A DNA stretch of 64,000 nucleotides from an uncultured Anaerolineales bacterium (GTDB lineage: Bacteria; Chloroflexota; Anaerolineae; UBA7937; B3-Chlor). A model generated the notes under the pieces. The model was given only the letters and a program-made list of their open reading frames with translations, was not told where the DNA came from and made no database searches. Position 1 is the stretch's first letter; each line of letters starts with the position of its first letter. Made by a program: the position numbers and the translations under genes. Shown here piece by piece: positions 37,080 through 46,983 of this stretch. The stretch lies in NCBI GenBank assembly GCA_964347945.1, contig CAYGAW010000194.1:1303-65302 (forward strand), in the 5' to 3' direction.

Positions 37080-37841
37080 ATGAGACTGATCAGGCTGTGT
37101 TCGGGCGGCAAGACAGGATGGGCGTCTCTCGACGACGATGGGCTCTATTGGCTGGAGGGAGACCCCTTCGGCCAGTGGGCGCCAGGGACCGAGGTCGTGG
37201 GTCTCGTTGGTGCGAGTTGTCTGACCCCTTGTACCCCGACAAAGATCGTAGCCGTTGGACTCAACTACCTCTCTCATGCCGAGGAGGTGGCAGCCAGTGT
37301 ACCCAGGGAGCCACTGTTCTTCCTGAAACCCCCGAGTGCTGTTCTGGCTCACGAGGAGAGCATAGTTTATCCTGCAACTCTTTCGACAAGGGTGGATTAT
37401 GAAGGCGAGTTGGCGGTGGTAATAGGACGGCGCACCAAGGGTGTGTCTCCGGATGGTGCTCTGAAACACGTGCTTGGCTACACCTGCGCCAACGATGTGA
37501 CGGCTCGCGACCTTCAGAGGCGCGATGGTCAATGGACACGAGCGAAGGGTTTTGACACCTTCTGTCCCATCGGCCCCATCATCTCCACCGATGCGGACCC
37601 TACCGATCTGACTATCTGCACTCGGCTCAATGGCGAGGTGCGTCAGAGAAGTTCCACGAGGGAGATGATCTTTCCCGTAGAGGAGTTGATCAGCCATGTC
37701 TCTGCTGTGATGACCCTTGAGGCTGGAGACGTGATCCTCACGGGCACCCCAGCTGGGGTTGGTGAACTGAGGCCCGGAGACAGAGTGGAGGTGGAGATCG
37801 CGGGGATAGGAACGCTGGCGAACACCGTCGTCAGAGGCTGA
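37080..37841 (+). CDS. Fumarylacetoacetate hydrolase (FAH) family protein
   Basis: KIVAVGLNY, PLFFLKPPSA, YEGELAVVIG and RAKGFDTFCPIGP motifs. The start is at MRLIRL. Confidence 0.88.
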   Translation: MRLIRLCSGGKTGWASLDDDGLYWLEGDPFGQWAPGTEVVGLVGASCLTPCTPTKIVAVGLNYLSHAEEVAASVPREPLFFLKPPSAVLAHEESIVYPATLSTRVDYEGELAVVIGRRTKGVSPDGALKHVLGYTCANDVTARDLQRRDGQWTRAKGFDTFCPIGPIISTDADPTDLTICTRLNGEVRQRSSTREMIFPVEELISHVSAVMTLEAGDVILTGTPAGVGELRPGDRVEVEIAGIGTLANTVVRG

Positions 37842-37865
37842 GGCCTTTTTCTGGACATCGTCTTG

Positions 37866-37874
37866 TGATATACT
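37866..37874 (+). promoter_or_regulatory. Candidate extended -10 (TGaTATACT) for argF
   Basis: TG at 37866-67 and TATACT at 37869-74. This favours the ATG at 37896 (RBS GGAGGGAGA) over the ATG at 37875. A small hairpin plus T5 (AGAGGC-tgag-GCCTTT, about 37832-37850) spans the FAH stop just before it. Confidence 0.3.
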
Positions 37875-37895
37875 ATGCAGCGGAGGGAGACGAGG

Positions 37896-38816
37896 ATGCA
37901 GCATCTCATCAGCATCGAGGACCTTTCGACGGACGAGATCTGGCAATTGCTGCATCTGGCCGCGGATCTCAAGCGTGAATGGAGAGGAGGAGGCAACAAG
38001 CCTGTTCTGGCAGGTAAGACGCTGGCGATGATCTTCCAGAAGCCGTCCTTGCGAACACGCGTTTCCTTCGAGATGGGGATGTTGCACTTGGGAGGCGCGG
38101 CCATGTATCTCTCGCCTCAGGAGATCCAGCTGGGTCAACGCGAGAGCGTGGCAGATGTTGCCCGCGTCCTGAGCAGGTACGCCCATGGCATCATGGCCCG
38201 CGTCTTCGCCCACAGCGATGTAGAGGAACTCGCCCGTCACGCTTCGGTGCCGATCATCAACGGCCTTTCGGATTATGTGCATCCCTGCCAGGTGCTGAGC
38301 GATATCTTCACCATCCGCGAGAAGACGGACTCCTTGCCTGATTTGACTTTGGTCTTTGTGGGTGATGGGAACAATGTGGCGCATTCGCTTCTCTTCGCAG
38401 CCAGCAAGCTAGGCATGGCGATCAGGGTATCGACCCCGCCGGGCTATGAGCCCGATGAAGAGGTTGTGAGGAAGGCGAGAGCGTTTGCTCAGGAAACAGG
38501 TGCCGAGGTGATGCTCGATGGTGACCCTCGTTCCGCAGTGAACGGCGCAGACATAATCTACACAGATGCGTGGGTGAGTATGGGTCAGGAAGAGGAGCGA
38601 GACACACGCATTCCCATCTTCCGCCCGTACCAGGTCAACAGCGAGCTAGTGGCTTTGGCCAAACCAGGCGCGATGGTGATGCATTGCCTTCCCGCACATA
38701 GGGGCGAAGAGATCACCGATGAGGTACTTGACGGTCCGCAGTCGGTGGTGCTGGATCAGGCGGAGAACAGGATGCATCTCCAGAAAGCGATACTGCAAAC
38801 ACTGATGGCTGGCTGA
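37896..38816 (+). CDS. argF: Ornithine carbamoyltransferase
   Basis: [22 protein letters not shown] and [10 protein letters not shown] motifs. Confidence 0.93.
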   Translation: MQHLISIEDLSTDEIWQLLHLAADLKREWRGGGNKPVLAGKTLAMIFQKPSLRTRVSFEMGMLHLGGAAMYLSPQEIQLGQRESVADVARVLSRYAHGIMARVFAHSDVEELARHASVPIINGLSDYVHPCQVLSDIFTIREKTDSLPDLTLVFVGDGNNVAHSLLFAASKLGMAIRVSTPPGYEPDEEVVRKARAFAQETGAEVMLDGDPRSAVNGADIIYTDAWVSMGQEEERDTRIPIFRPYQVNSELVALAKPGAMVMHCLPAHRGEEITDEVLDGPQSVVLDQAENRMHLQKAILQTLMAG

Positions 38817-38920
38817 CAGGTCGGCGGAGCTTCGTGGCCAGGTGTCGCGGGGCGAGGACCTGCACCTGTAGATGAGAGTTGACGGATCGCAAGGAAGCCG
38901 CTGGAGCTATTCGAGGAAAA

Positions 38921-41170
38921 ATGGCCGGGGACCGAGCAGCCTTTGAGAACGCGGTCAAGAAAGCACACAGCTACGCGTGGGAAAAACGATGGATGAAAGC
39001 CATCGAACAGTATGAGGTAGCCATCACCCAGTTTCCGGACGATGCGACTGCTCACAGCGGGTTGGCGTTTGCCTACTTCAAGGACGGTAGGCTGAGGGAG
39101 GCCTTGCGCGAGTACAGAAAGGTCTGCGAGCTGGGACCAGATGATGCCGAGGCCAGGCAAAAGGTGGCCGAGATCCTCGAAGAACTGGGTCGGGTCACGG
39201 ATGCTGTGGAGGCTTGGACGACCCTTGGTGAACTGTCCGTGCAGCGGAAGGACTTGGGGCGGGCTCTGGAAGCTTGGCAGGAGGCGGTGCGCCTGCGGCC
39301 AGTCAACAAACAAGCCCGTCGGAGGCTGGCGGAGGCGTATGCGTTCAGATCCAACACTGGCGAGGCGGTCAAGGAATATCTGGCTCTAGCCCGCCTGCAT
39401 CACGGGGATGGTGAGTACGACCGTGCAGTTGAGTACTGTCAGCGAGTGCTGTCCCTCGATGCTGGGAACAAAGGAGCTCGTTCCCTCCTGGAGCGCATGG
39501 TTTCCGACGCAGAGGCAGGACTCGCTGCTGAGACGCTAGTCGTGCGAAGAGAGGAACTGGGTCCGGTGGAGTTGGCGGTCCAACAGACGCTTGCTCGCTT
39601 GGCAGAGGCGCTCTTGGGAGATGAAGAGCTGGTTGATGCGATGATCGGTACGGAGCTGGACGGGTTTGAACCTGGGTCAGAGGGCTCGCCGGAGATCGCG
39701 ACCATCATTGGCAGGGCGGTTGATTCTCACTCTCGGGGGGAGGTGGATGAGGCCCTTAGCTACTATGAGCAGGCGGTTGAAATGGGAGTCACCCGCGTTG
39801 AGGTACTCTTCAACCTTGGACTTCTCCACAGGGCGCGCTCTCGTCTCGAAGAGGCCATCGAACTGCTAGAGAAGACACTGGAGGTCTCAGAGTATCGACT
39901 GCCAAGTCATTTGGCCCTGGGTCAGTGTCATTGGTCCCGAGGGGAGGTCGATCAAGCTTTGTATCATTTCCTCCAGGCGATGATGATCATGGATTTGGAA
40001 TCCGTGGGGGAGGACCGTGCCGACGAACTAGCTCGCTCCTACCAGGTTGTGTCTGATAGTCATCGAGGTCAAGGCGATGGACGGCAAACCCATGTGCTTG
40101 TTCACGCTTTGACCGAGTTCCTTAGCGGCAGCGACTGGAACAGCAGGGTTGCGGAGGCGCGTCGGAAGCTCGATTGCATGGCGGAAGAGGGGACTATTCC
40201 CATCCTTCCTGAGTTCTTGGAGCTTCCTGGCGGCGATGAACTGCTGGACATCATGGTGAGGAGCCGGGAATATCTGACGAATGACGCGCCGTTCATTGCG
40301 CTGGAGGAATGCTATAGGGCCATACGGATCGCCCCGACGTACCTGCCGTTGCACCTGAGGCTAGCGGAGATATTTGCCCACCAAGGCAAGGCGGAGGAAG
40401 CTGTGAGCAAGTACGCCTCCATTGCTGACGCATACCTCATGCGGGATAGCCCACGCAAGGCCATCGAGGTTTACCGGCGAGCGCTGCAGGCGGCACCGAT
40501 GAGCATATCAATCCGGGAGAAGCTGATCGACTTGCTGATAGAGCACGATATGATCGATTCGGCGCTGGATCAGTACATGGCATTGGGCGAAAGCTACTAT
40601 CGACTGGCGCGGGTAGACACGGCCCTGGACAAGTACGAAGAGGCTTTGGGTTTGCTTCCCCGGACGGCAAACGCCAGCGAGTGGGAGGTCAGGATACTGC
40701 ATCGCGCTGCCGACCTTCATGTGCAGCGAGTGCAGTGGAAGAGGGCATTGTCCATCTACGAGAAGATCCTACAGTTGTCTCCGGGTGATGAACAGGCGAG
40801 GCTCCGGTTCGTAGAGCTACAGTGGAAGCTTGGGAAGGAGGAAGTCGCCTTGAAGGAGCTGGATGCCCTGATCGTCCACTACGGGAAGCTGGGAGACTTC
40901 CAGAAGATCACCAACTTTCTTCAGGAACTGGTTGCCGCAAATCCGAAAGATATCTCTCTGCGATCACGGCTGAGCAGAGTCTACATCGAGCTTGGGAGGA
41001 CCAAAGAAGCTATCGTGGAGTTGGACACTCTGGGAGAACTCCAGCTAGAGGCTGGGCGCAAGGAGGATGCCAAGGAGACGCTTCGGACCATCATTTCTTT
41101 GCAGCCCGATGAGGTGGAGGGGTATACGCAACTCTTGCGGGACCTAGGCGAGGAGACCAACAGAGTGTGA
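38921..41170 (+). CDS. Large tetratricopeptide-repeat protein
   Basis: About 750 aa of TPR-like helical repeats (recurrent A..Y......P.....R..LA..Y). No TM or catalytic motif was seen. The start is ambiguous (TTG at 38879 or ATG at 38921). Confidence 0.75.
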   Translation: MAGDRAAFENAVKKAHSYAWEKRWMKAIEQYEVAITQFPDDATAHSGLAFAYFKDGRLREALREYRKVCELGPDDAEARQKVAEILEELGRVTDAVEAWTTLGELSVQRKDLGRALEAWQEAVRLRPVNKQARRRLAEAYAFRSNTGEAVKEYLALARLHHGDGEYDRAVEYCQRVLSLDAGNKGARSLLERMVSDAEAGLAAETLVVRREELGPVELAVQQTLARLAEALLGDEELVDAMIGTELDGFEPGSEGSPEIATIIGRAVDSHSRGEVDEALSYYEQAVEMGVTRVEVLFNLGLLHRARSRLEEAIELLEKTLEVSEYRLPSHLALGQCHWSRGEVDQALYHFLQAMMIMDLESVGEDRADELARSYQVVSDSHRGQGDGRQTHVLVHALTEFLSGSDWNSRVAEARRKLDCMAEEGTIPILPEFLELPGGDELLDIMVRSREYLTNDAPFIALEECYRAIRIAPTYLPLHLRLAEIFAHQGKAEEAVSKYASIADAYLMRDSPRKAIEVYRRALQAAPMSISIREKLIDLLIEHDMIDSALDQYMALGESYYRLARVDTALDKYEEALGLLPRTANASEWEVRILHRAADLHVQRVQWKRALSIYEKILQLSPGDEQARLRFVELQWKLGKEEVALKELDALIVHYGKLGDFQKITNFLQELVAANPKDISLRSRLSRVYIELGRTKEAIVELDTLGELQLEAGRKEDAKETLRTIISLQPDEVEGYTQLLRDLGEETNRV

Positions 41171-41219
41171 GCTGCGTGATAGCTGCGAACGACCGCCGGT
41201 TCGCGCTGCGAGGAGTGAC

Positions 41220-42029
41220 GTGTCCGACATTCTATGGATACTCTCGCATTTTCAGCTGAGAGATCTCGTCGACATAGTAATTGTCACAGCCATCTTCTGG
41301 GGCCTCCTTTTCCTGGTTAGGGGAACCAGGGCCATGGCTTTGATGAGGGGAGTTTTGCTGCTCGCCATCGCCGTGGTGCTGGCCAGCAACTTCTTCTCCC
41401 TGACCGCCTTCAACTGGCTGATTCGCAATACGCTTCCTGCACTTCTAGTGGCCGTACCGGTCATCTTTCAGCCGGAGCTTCGTCGGGCCTTGGAGCGGCT
41501 TGGACGAGGGGGAGGCCTGATTACCCTGTCCTCGACCGAAGCCGAAGGCATCAAGGCTAGTCGGCATATCGCAGGAGCGGCGCAACTGCTCTCGGAGCGA
41601 AAGCATGGGGCTCTGATCGTGCTGGAGCGCGAGACTGGTCTGCAGGAGTTCGTGGACACCGGAGTGCCCATAGACGGGGAGGTGTCTGCTGAGCTGCTGC
41701 TGACCATTTTCCAGCCGAACACTGCCTTGCACGACGGCGCAGCCATCATCAGAGGCGACAGAATCGTCGCCGCCGCCTGCATCCTGCCGTTGGCGGAGAC
41801 CAGTCGCGTGCCCCGTGGTTTGGGGCTGCGGCATAGGGCAGCTGTGGGCATCACGGAGCAAAGCGATGCTCTGGCGACCATTGTGTCTGAGGAGACAGGA
41901 ACGATCTCGCTGGCGCGTTACGGACGGTTGGTCAGTAACTTGGATGAATCCCGCTTGAGGGAATTGCTGCGAACCTCGTACAGGCGCCAGTGGAGCGGCA
42001 ATCTCTCAAGACGGGCCAACCGACAATAG
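41220..42029 (+). CDS. cdaA: Diadenylate cyclase CdaA (membrane-anchored DAC domain)
   Basis: Three N-terminal TM helices. DAC motifs are DGAAIIRG and GLRHRAAVGITEQSDALATIVSEETGTIS. The GTG start is preceded by GAGGAG. Confidence 0.93.
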   Translation: MSDILWILSHFQLRDLVDIVIVTAIFWGLLFLVRGTRAMALMRGVLLLAIAVVLASNFFSLTAFNWLIRNTLPALLVAVPVIFQPELRRALERLGRGGGLITLSSTEAEGIKASRHIAGAAQLLSERKHGALIVLERETGLQEFVDTGVPIDGEVSAELLLTIFQPNTALHDGAAIIRGDRIVAAACILPLAETSRVPRGLGLRHRAAVGITEQSDALATIVSEETGTISLARYGRLVSNLDESRLRELLRTSYRRQWSGNLSRRANRQ

Positions 42030-42089
42030 GACTTTGGTAGGGGCTGTGGTTCTGGGCAAGCCACGTATGCTGACAATCTAGTAAGGGAT

Positions 42090-43304
42090 ATGACACGAAG
42101 TTTCTTCACTATCGGCAGTCTAAGCTTGATGATAATGGCACTAATCCTGGCGTTGATGGTCTGGATAGCGGCCACTATTCAGGAGAACCCTTTTGTCGAA
42201 GCGTTCTTGCCTGAGGACATACCGGTGGAGGTGATCAACAGAGGGGAGGGCCTGGTGATCGTCGGTGGGATAGAGGAAGGTGTCACCGCCAAAGTCCGAG
42301 CTCCAGAGTCCGTCTGGGAGGACTTAAGGGTCAGCAGTTTCAGGGCCTACGTGGACCTGGAGGGCCTGGATGTGGGACTACATGAAGTCCCGGTGAAGGT
42401 TGAGCCCGCGGGTAGTCTGGTGAGGATTCTGGAGACGTCGCCCGGTGTGCTCACTCTCCGGCTGGACCGTAGGCTGGAGAAGATAGTGCCTGCAACGGTC
42501 AGCATCTACGGCGATCCTGCGCTGGGATACGAGATGGGCCGTCCGGTGGTGGATCCAAGTCATGTAACACTCAGCGGGCCCGCCAGCCTAGTGGACCAGG
42601 TAGTGGAGGCCACGGCGGAGTTATACCTTAGGGGTGAGAAGGATACCTTCGAGCGTGCGGTCTCTCTGACACCGACAGACGAGGTGGGTAACGCAGTCTT
42701 AGGGGTGCAGCTTGACCCTGAGTCGGCCAGAGTCACCGTCCCCATCGAACAGAGAGTAGGCTTTCGAGAACTGTCCATCAAGACAGTCGCTGAAGGAACG
42801 CCCGCCCCAGGATACTGGATCAGCAGCATTAGTGTCAACCCGCCCACCATCACCGTTGTCGGAGATCCTGCGACCGTCAGTGAGATACCCGGCTACCTGG
42901 AGACATCTCCCATCGATGTCGAAGGTGCCCGCGAGGACATCTCGCAGCAGGTGCCCGTTCTGTTTCCAGAAGGTGTGTCTCCGCTGGAGGACGTTCCCAC
43001 CGTGCAAGCCCTCATTGAGGTGTCCCCAGTCCTGGGTGGACAGACTGTACAACTCACTCCTGTGGTCCAGGGCTTGGGGAGAGGGTTGGAGGCTGACTTC
43101 TCGCCGGACACGGTGCAGGTCATCCTCTCGGGGCCTCTGTCAGAGCTTGAGGCTCTGGAGGCGGGAGACGTTCGCGTGGTGTTGGATCTTTCGGACTACG
43201 GACCCGGTACCCACTTCGTGCCCCTCATGGTTGTCCGGCCCAGCTCGCTGGTAGTACAGGCCATTCTTCCGGACCAACTCGAGGTAGTGATTCGGGAATC
43301 ATGA
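42090..43304 (+). CDS. cdaR: CdaA regulatory protein CdaR (YbbR-domain repeats)
   Basis: N-terminal TM followed by repeated YbbR-like beta-rich modules, in the canonical position after cdaA. Confidence 0.8.
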   Translation: MTRSFFTIGSLSLMIMALILALMVWIAATIQENPFVEAFLPEDIPVEVINRGEGLVIVGGIEEGVTAKVRAPESVWEDLRVSSFRAYVDLEGLDVGLHEVPVKVEPAGSLVRILETSPGVLTLRLDRRLEKIVPATVSIYGDPALGYEMGRPVVDPSHVTLSGPASLVDQVVEATAELYLRGEKDTFERAVSLTPTDEVGNAVLGVQLDPESARVTVPIEQRVGFRELSIKTVAEGTPAPGYWISSISVNPPTITVVGDPATVSEIPGYLETSPIDVEGAREDISQQVPVLFPEGVSPLEDVPTVQALIEVSPVLGGQTVQLTPVVQGLGRGLEADFSPDTVQVILSGPLSELEALEAGDVRVVLDLSDYGPGTHFVPLMVVRPSSLVVQAILPDQLEVVIRES

Positions 43305-44611
43305 CCAAGCCGTTGGTGGCCCTCGTCGGTCGTCCCAACGTCGGCAAATCCACTCTCTTCAACCGCCTGATCGACGAACCCCTGGCCATCGTGGAAGACG
43401 TGCCGGGCACCACGCGGGATAGGATCTACGCGGACACTGAATGGGGAGGCCGTGCCCTGACCTTCATAGATACAGGAGGCCTCCTACCCGACTCCAGGGG
43501 TGACCTTCTGGCTTTGGTGCGTGACCAGGTGAAGATTGCCATTGCCGAGGCGGACGTCATCATTCATTTGGTCGATGTCAAGGATGGGGTAACTGCGAGC
43601 GACTTTGAGATCGCGCAACTCTTGCGGCGCTCGAACAAACCGGTGCTCCTCGCAGCCAACAAGGCTGACAATGAGGCCCGTCGTCGTGCGGCCGTGGAGT
43701 TCTACGAGTTGGGCTTGGGCGATCCGTACCCCATTTCGGCGCTCCACGGCACTGGCACGGGAGAGCTTCTGGACGCTGTGTTGAGCATCTTGCCGCCGCA
43801 GCCACCAGAGGAGCCGCTAGAGGGGATCAAGTTCGCCATAGTGGGTCGACCCAATGTTGGGAAATCCTCCCTTCTCAACTCCATTGTGGGTCAAGAGCGC
43901 ATGATTGTTGATGAACAGCCAGGCACGACGAGGGATGCCGTCGATAGCTTCATGGAATGGGATGGTCAGAGTGTGACCTTGATTGACACTGCTGGGATTC
44001 GACGGCGCGGCCGTGTTGCGCCGGGCATCGAGCGATATAGCGTGATTCGTGCCTTGAGGGCTATTCAGCGCGCCGACGTAGTGTTGTTGCTGATAGACGC
44101 CACGGAGGGCGTTGCAGCCCAAGATGGTCACATCGCCGGCTACGTGGTCGAAGAGGGCAAGGGTATCGTTCTGGTGGTCAACAAGTGGGACCTCATCGAC
44201 AAGGATGCCTACACGATGGATCACTACACCCGCGAGATCAGACGAGCGCTCAAGTTCGTTTCCTATGCGCCCTTGGTCTTCGTCTCCGCCGTCACAGGTC
44301 AGCGTGTGGGAACGGCGATCGGTCTTGCTCTGGCGGTTCAGCAAGCGAGATCCTTCAGGGTACCGACGGCAGAGCTCAACAAGCTCGTAGAAGATGCTGT
44401 CTCCCTGCATGCACCGCCGTCCAAGCGGGGCAAGCGTCTACGAATCTACTATGCGACGCAGGTCAGAGTGGCGCCTCCTACCTTCGTCCTGTTCGTGAAC
44501 GATCCCAGGCTCGTCCACTTTACTTACCGTCGTTACTTGGAGAATCGGTTGCGAGAGGCTTTCGGCTTTGAGGGCTCGCCTCTGCGTCTTGCATTCCGCA
44601 AGAGGGAGTAG
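43301..44611 (+). CDS. der: Ribosome-associated GTPase Der (EngA)
   Basis: Two tandem G domains (GRPNVGKST, GRPNVGKSS; NKAD, NKWD) plus a KH-like C-terminus. It overlaps cdaR by 4 nt. Confidence 0.95.
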   Translation: MTKPLVALVGRPNVGKSTLFNRLIDEPLAIVEDVPGTTRDRIYADTEWGGRALTFIDTGGLLPDSRGDLLALVRDQVKIAIAEADVIIHLVDVKDGVTASDFEIAQLLRRSNKPVLLAANKADNEARRRAAVEFYELGLGDPYPISALHGTGTGELLDAVLSILPPQPPEEPLEGIKFAIVGRPNVGKSSLLNSIVGQERMIVDEQPGTTRDAVDSFMEWDGQSVTLIDTAGIRRRGRVAPGIERYSVIRALRAIQRADVVLLLIDATEGVAAQDGHIAGYVVEEGKGIVLVVNKWDLIDKDAYTMDHYTREIRRALKFVSYAPLVFVSAVTGQRVGTAIGLALAVQQARSFRVPTAELNKLVEDAVSLHAPPSKRGKRLRIYYATQVRVAPPTFVLFVNDPRLVHFTYRRYLENRLREAFGFEGSPLRLAFRKRE

Positions 44612-44645
44612 GAGGGGAGTGAGAATGTCGGCGACACCCGTGCCG

Positions 44646-45794
44646 CTATCTTACATCCAGTATCTGGCGAGCAATTACCAGCCTTTGAATCTCTGAGGTC
44701 CCCTCACCTATCTGGGTGAGCCGGTTGTCCCGATAGTATCGCTCCACAGGGTAGTCCTTGGTGTACCCGTAGCCAGCGTGGATCTGTATGGCGTTATAGC
44801 AAGCGAGTTCAGCGGCCTCTGAAGCGAAGAGTTTGCCCATTGCCGCCTCCTTCGTGAACTTCTTTCCCTGGTCCTCTAAGTACGCCGCTTTGTACACCAA
44901 TAGGCGTGCTGCGTCCATCCTGGTTGCCGCGTCAGCTATCATCCATTGAACGGCCTGGAAATCGCCGATGGGACGGCCAAACTGGTGACGCTCCTTGGCG
45001 TACTTGATTGAGGCTTCCAGGGCGGCCTGACCCAACCCGAGTGCCATCGCCCCTATGCTGATGCGACCGCCGTCCAAGACCTCCAGTATCTGTCGAAAGC
45101 CTTCTCCCTCTTTGCCCAGTAGGTTCTCTTTGGGAATGCGACAGTCCTCGTAGAAGAGCTGCGAGGTGGGGGAAGCTCTCAGTCCAAACTTGTCCTCGAC
45201 CTTGCCCACGGAGAACCCCGGTCTGTCTGTTTCCACTATGAATGTCGATATCCCATGAGAACCCGAAGCGGAGGGATCGGTCTTGGCGACGGTGATCGCT
45301 ATCTCCGCTACGGGACCGTTGGTGATCAGCGATTTGGCGCCGTTGATGACCCATTCCTTGCCATCGAGAACGGCGGTCGTCTTCGTCGAACCAGCATCGG
45401 AACCGGCCTCCGGTTCAGTCAGACCTAGGGCTCCAATGGCCTCACCTCTGGCCAGAGGGGTAAGGTATTTCTTCTTCTGTTCCTCGGTGCCGAAGAGATA
45501 GATGGGAGAGCTGCCAAGGGAGATGTGGGCTGCGTAGGAAAGGCCATGTGAGCCACAGGCCCGCGAGATCTCTTCCGTGGCTATGGCATAGCACACCGTA
45601 TCTGCACCTGCGCCACCGTATTCCTCCGGCCACGGCAGGCCCAAGATCCCCAGTTCGCCCATCTTCTTGAAGGTCTCGGAGGGGAACTCGCCCTCCTGAT
45701 CCATCTTGGCGGCGATGGGCATGATCTCGTTCTCGGCGAAATCACGCACCATCTCCTGGATCATCCTTTGTTCTTCAGTGAGCTGAAAGTCCAT
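44646..45794 (-). CDS. Acyl-CoA dehydrogenase
   Basis: MDFQLTEEQ start, TEPEAGSD and the catalytic-base region GEGTSEIQRLVIAR; 382 aa. Confidence 0.9.
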   Translation of the reverse strand: MDFQLTEEQRMIQEMVRDFAENEIMPIAAKMDQEGEFPSETFKKMGELGILGLPWPEEYGGAGADTVCYAIATEEISRACGSHGLSYAAHISLGSSPIYLFGTEEQKKKYLTPLARGEAIGALGLTEPEAGSDAGSTKTTAVLDGKEWVINGAKSLITNGPVAEIAITVAKTDPSASGSHGISTFIVETDRPGFSVGKVEDKFGLRASPTSQLFYEDCRIPKENLLGKEGEGFRQILEVLDGGRISIGAMALGLGQAALEASIKYAKERHQFGRPIGDFQAVQWMIADAATRMDAARLLVYKAAYLEDQGKKFTKEAAMGKLFASEAAELACYNAIQIHAGYGYTKDYPVERYYRDNRLTQIGEGTSEIQRLVIARQILDVR

Positions 45795-45895
45795 GATGCA
45801 GAATCCTCCTGCACCTCCTAGTGATTCCTACACGCAATGCACACCCAAGACCACGATCCCCGACGCAGGTTCCGTGCGCAAGCGAGGAACGCTGT

Positions 45896-46369
45896 CTACG
45901 CCGGCTTGAAGTACTCGATGTCCAAGATGGAGCCCTCTCGTTTTTTCTTGGGTCTGAAGACGGCCTCAACCGACATGCCGATCTTAACTTCCTCGGGCTT
46001 GACCTCGCCCAGTCTGTGGACCAGACCGCCGTGCACGCCCTCCATCTTGATCAGAGCCAGTATTTGAGGCTCATCCAATGGTTCGTTGTCCAATGACCGG
46101 GCGAGCACAGTGAAGGTGTAGACTGTCCCTGAGTTGCCGACTTCTACCCACTCCTCCAACTTTGTGAAGCACCGTTCACAGTACATCGCGGGCGGTACGT
46201 AGGTCAGGCTACACACGGGGCAGGCGCTGCCCAAGATCACGCCCCGATCCTTGATGGAACGGAAGAACTTCTCCCCAGCGATGCCGACAGTGTACAGGCT
46301 CTCTATCGGCATGTCGCCGTACCAGACCTTCGCGTCTCGAGAACTGGTTATCCGCTCAATAAGCGACAT
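45896..46369 (-). CDS. DUF35 Zn-ribbon / OB-fold protein
   Basis: Rubredoxin-like ribbon CPVCS...YCERCF followed by an OB-fold region; 157 aa. Confidence 0.85.
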   Translation of the reverse strand: MSLIERITSSRDAKVWYGDMPIESLYTVGIAGEKFFRSIKDRGVILGSACPVCSLTYVPPAMYCERCFTKLEEWVEVGNSGTVYTFTVLARSLDNEPLDEPQILALIKMEGVHGGLVHRLGEVKPEEVKIGMSVEAVFRPKKKREGSILDIEYFKPA

Positions 46370-46432
46370 GGCAATGCCTCCCTGGATCCTGCCAAAAGGA
46401 AGGAAGACGGCTCATGTGAGCCGTGTCCCCGC

Positions 46433-46939
46433 TCACAAAGGTTTGAAGTACTTGATGTCTGTGATGGAGCCCGTGCGCTCTTCGGCTGGCTTCCACACAG
46501 CTTGCACCCTCATGCCGATTGAGACATCATCAGGATCGACCTCGTCTAGCAGGTGTAAGATCCCGGCACCCTTGGAGGCACCATCTATCTCGATCACCGC
46601 GGGGATTTGCGGCGTCTTCGCTCTGCTGGCATCCCAGCGTATGTAGCAGATTGAAAAGGTGTTGACGGTGCCTCTGTCCTTCAGATACACCCAATCATCC
46701 ATGGGCTCCCAGCACCACTCGCAGACTACTCTGGGAGGGACAACTGTACGCCGACAGCGCTTGCACGTGATGCCGATGATCCGCCCATTCTTCAACTCCG
46801 CTAGATAGCGGCTGATAGCAACTCCCGCATCCCAGCCGTATTCCAGTCTTGGCTTCCAATGGGCAGTAAGAACGTTCCCCTCGTCCAAGTCGGCCTGCCT
46901 GAGCGGCGTACCAGGAAACTCCTCTATGTTGGCGCTCAT
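46433..46939 (-). CDS. DUF35 Zn-ribbon / OB-fold protein (second copy)
   Basis: CKRCRR...VCEWCW ribbon followed by an OB-fold region; 168 aa. Confidence 0.85.
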   Translation of the reverse strand: MSANIEEFPGTPLRQADLDEGNVLTAHWKPRLEYGWDAGVAISRYLAELKNGRIIGITCKRCRRTVVPPRVVCEWCWEPMDDWVYLKDRGTVNTFSICYIRWDASRAKTPQIPAVIEIDGASKGAGILHLLDEVDPDDVSIGMRVQAVWKPAEERTGSITDIKYFKPL

Positions 46940-46983
46940 TTATCCAACCTCCTACGGTTTGATCGGCCTGCATGTACTGGGGG

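Noticed and set aside
37861-37880. ARG box (ArgR/AhrC operator) upstream of argF at TGTGATATACTATGCA
   Set aside because: It matches the AT-rich flavour, but the 16-18-mer is not palindromic (only the 2 outer pairs match) and no tandem second box is present. It is more simply explained as an extended -10 element.
36753-38384. 543-aa ORF on the minus strand, the longest unannotated ORF in the track
   Set aside because: It lies antisense to two well-supported plus-strand genes (the FAH-family gene and argF, both with clear catalytic motifs). Its translation is Arg/His/Gly/Ser-rich with no recognisable motif. It is a typical shadow ORF of GC-rich DNA.
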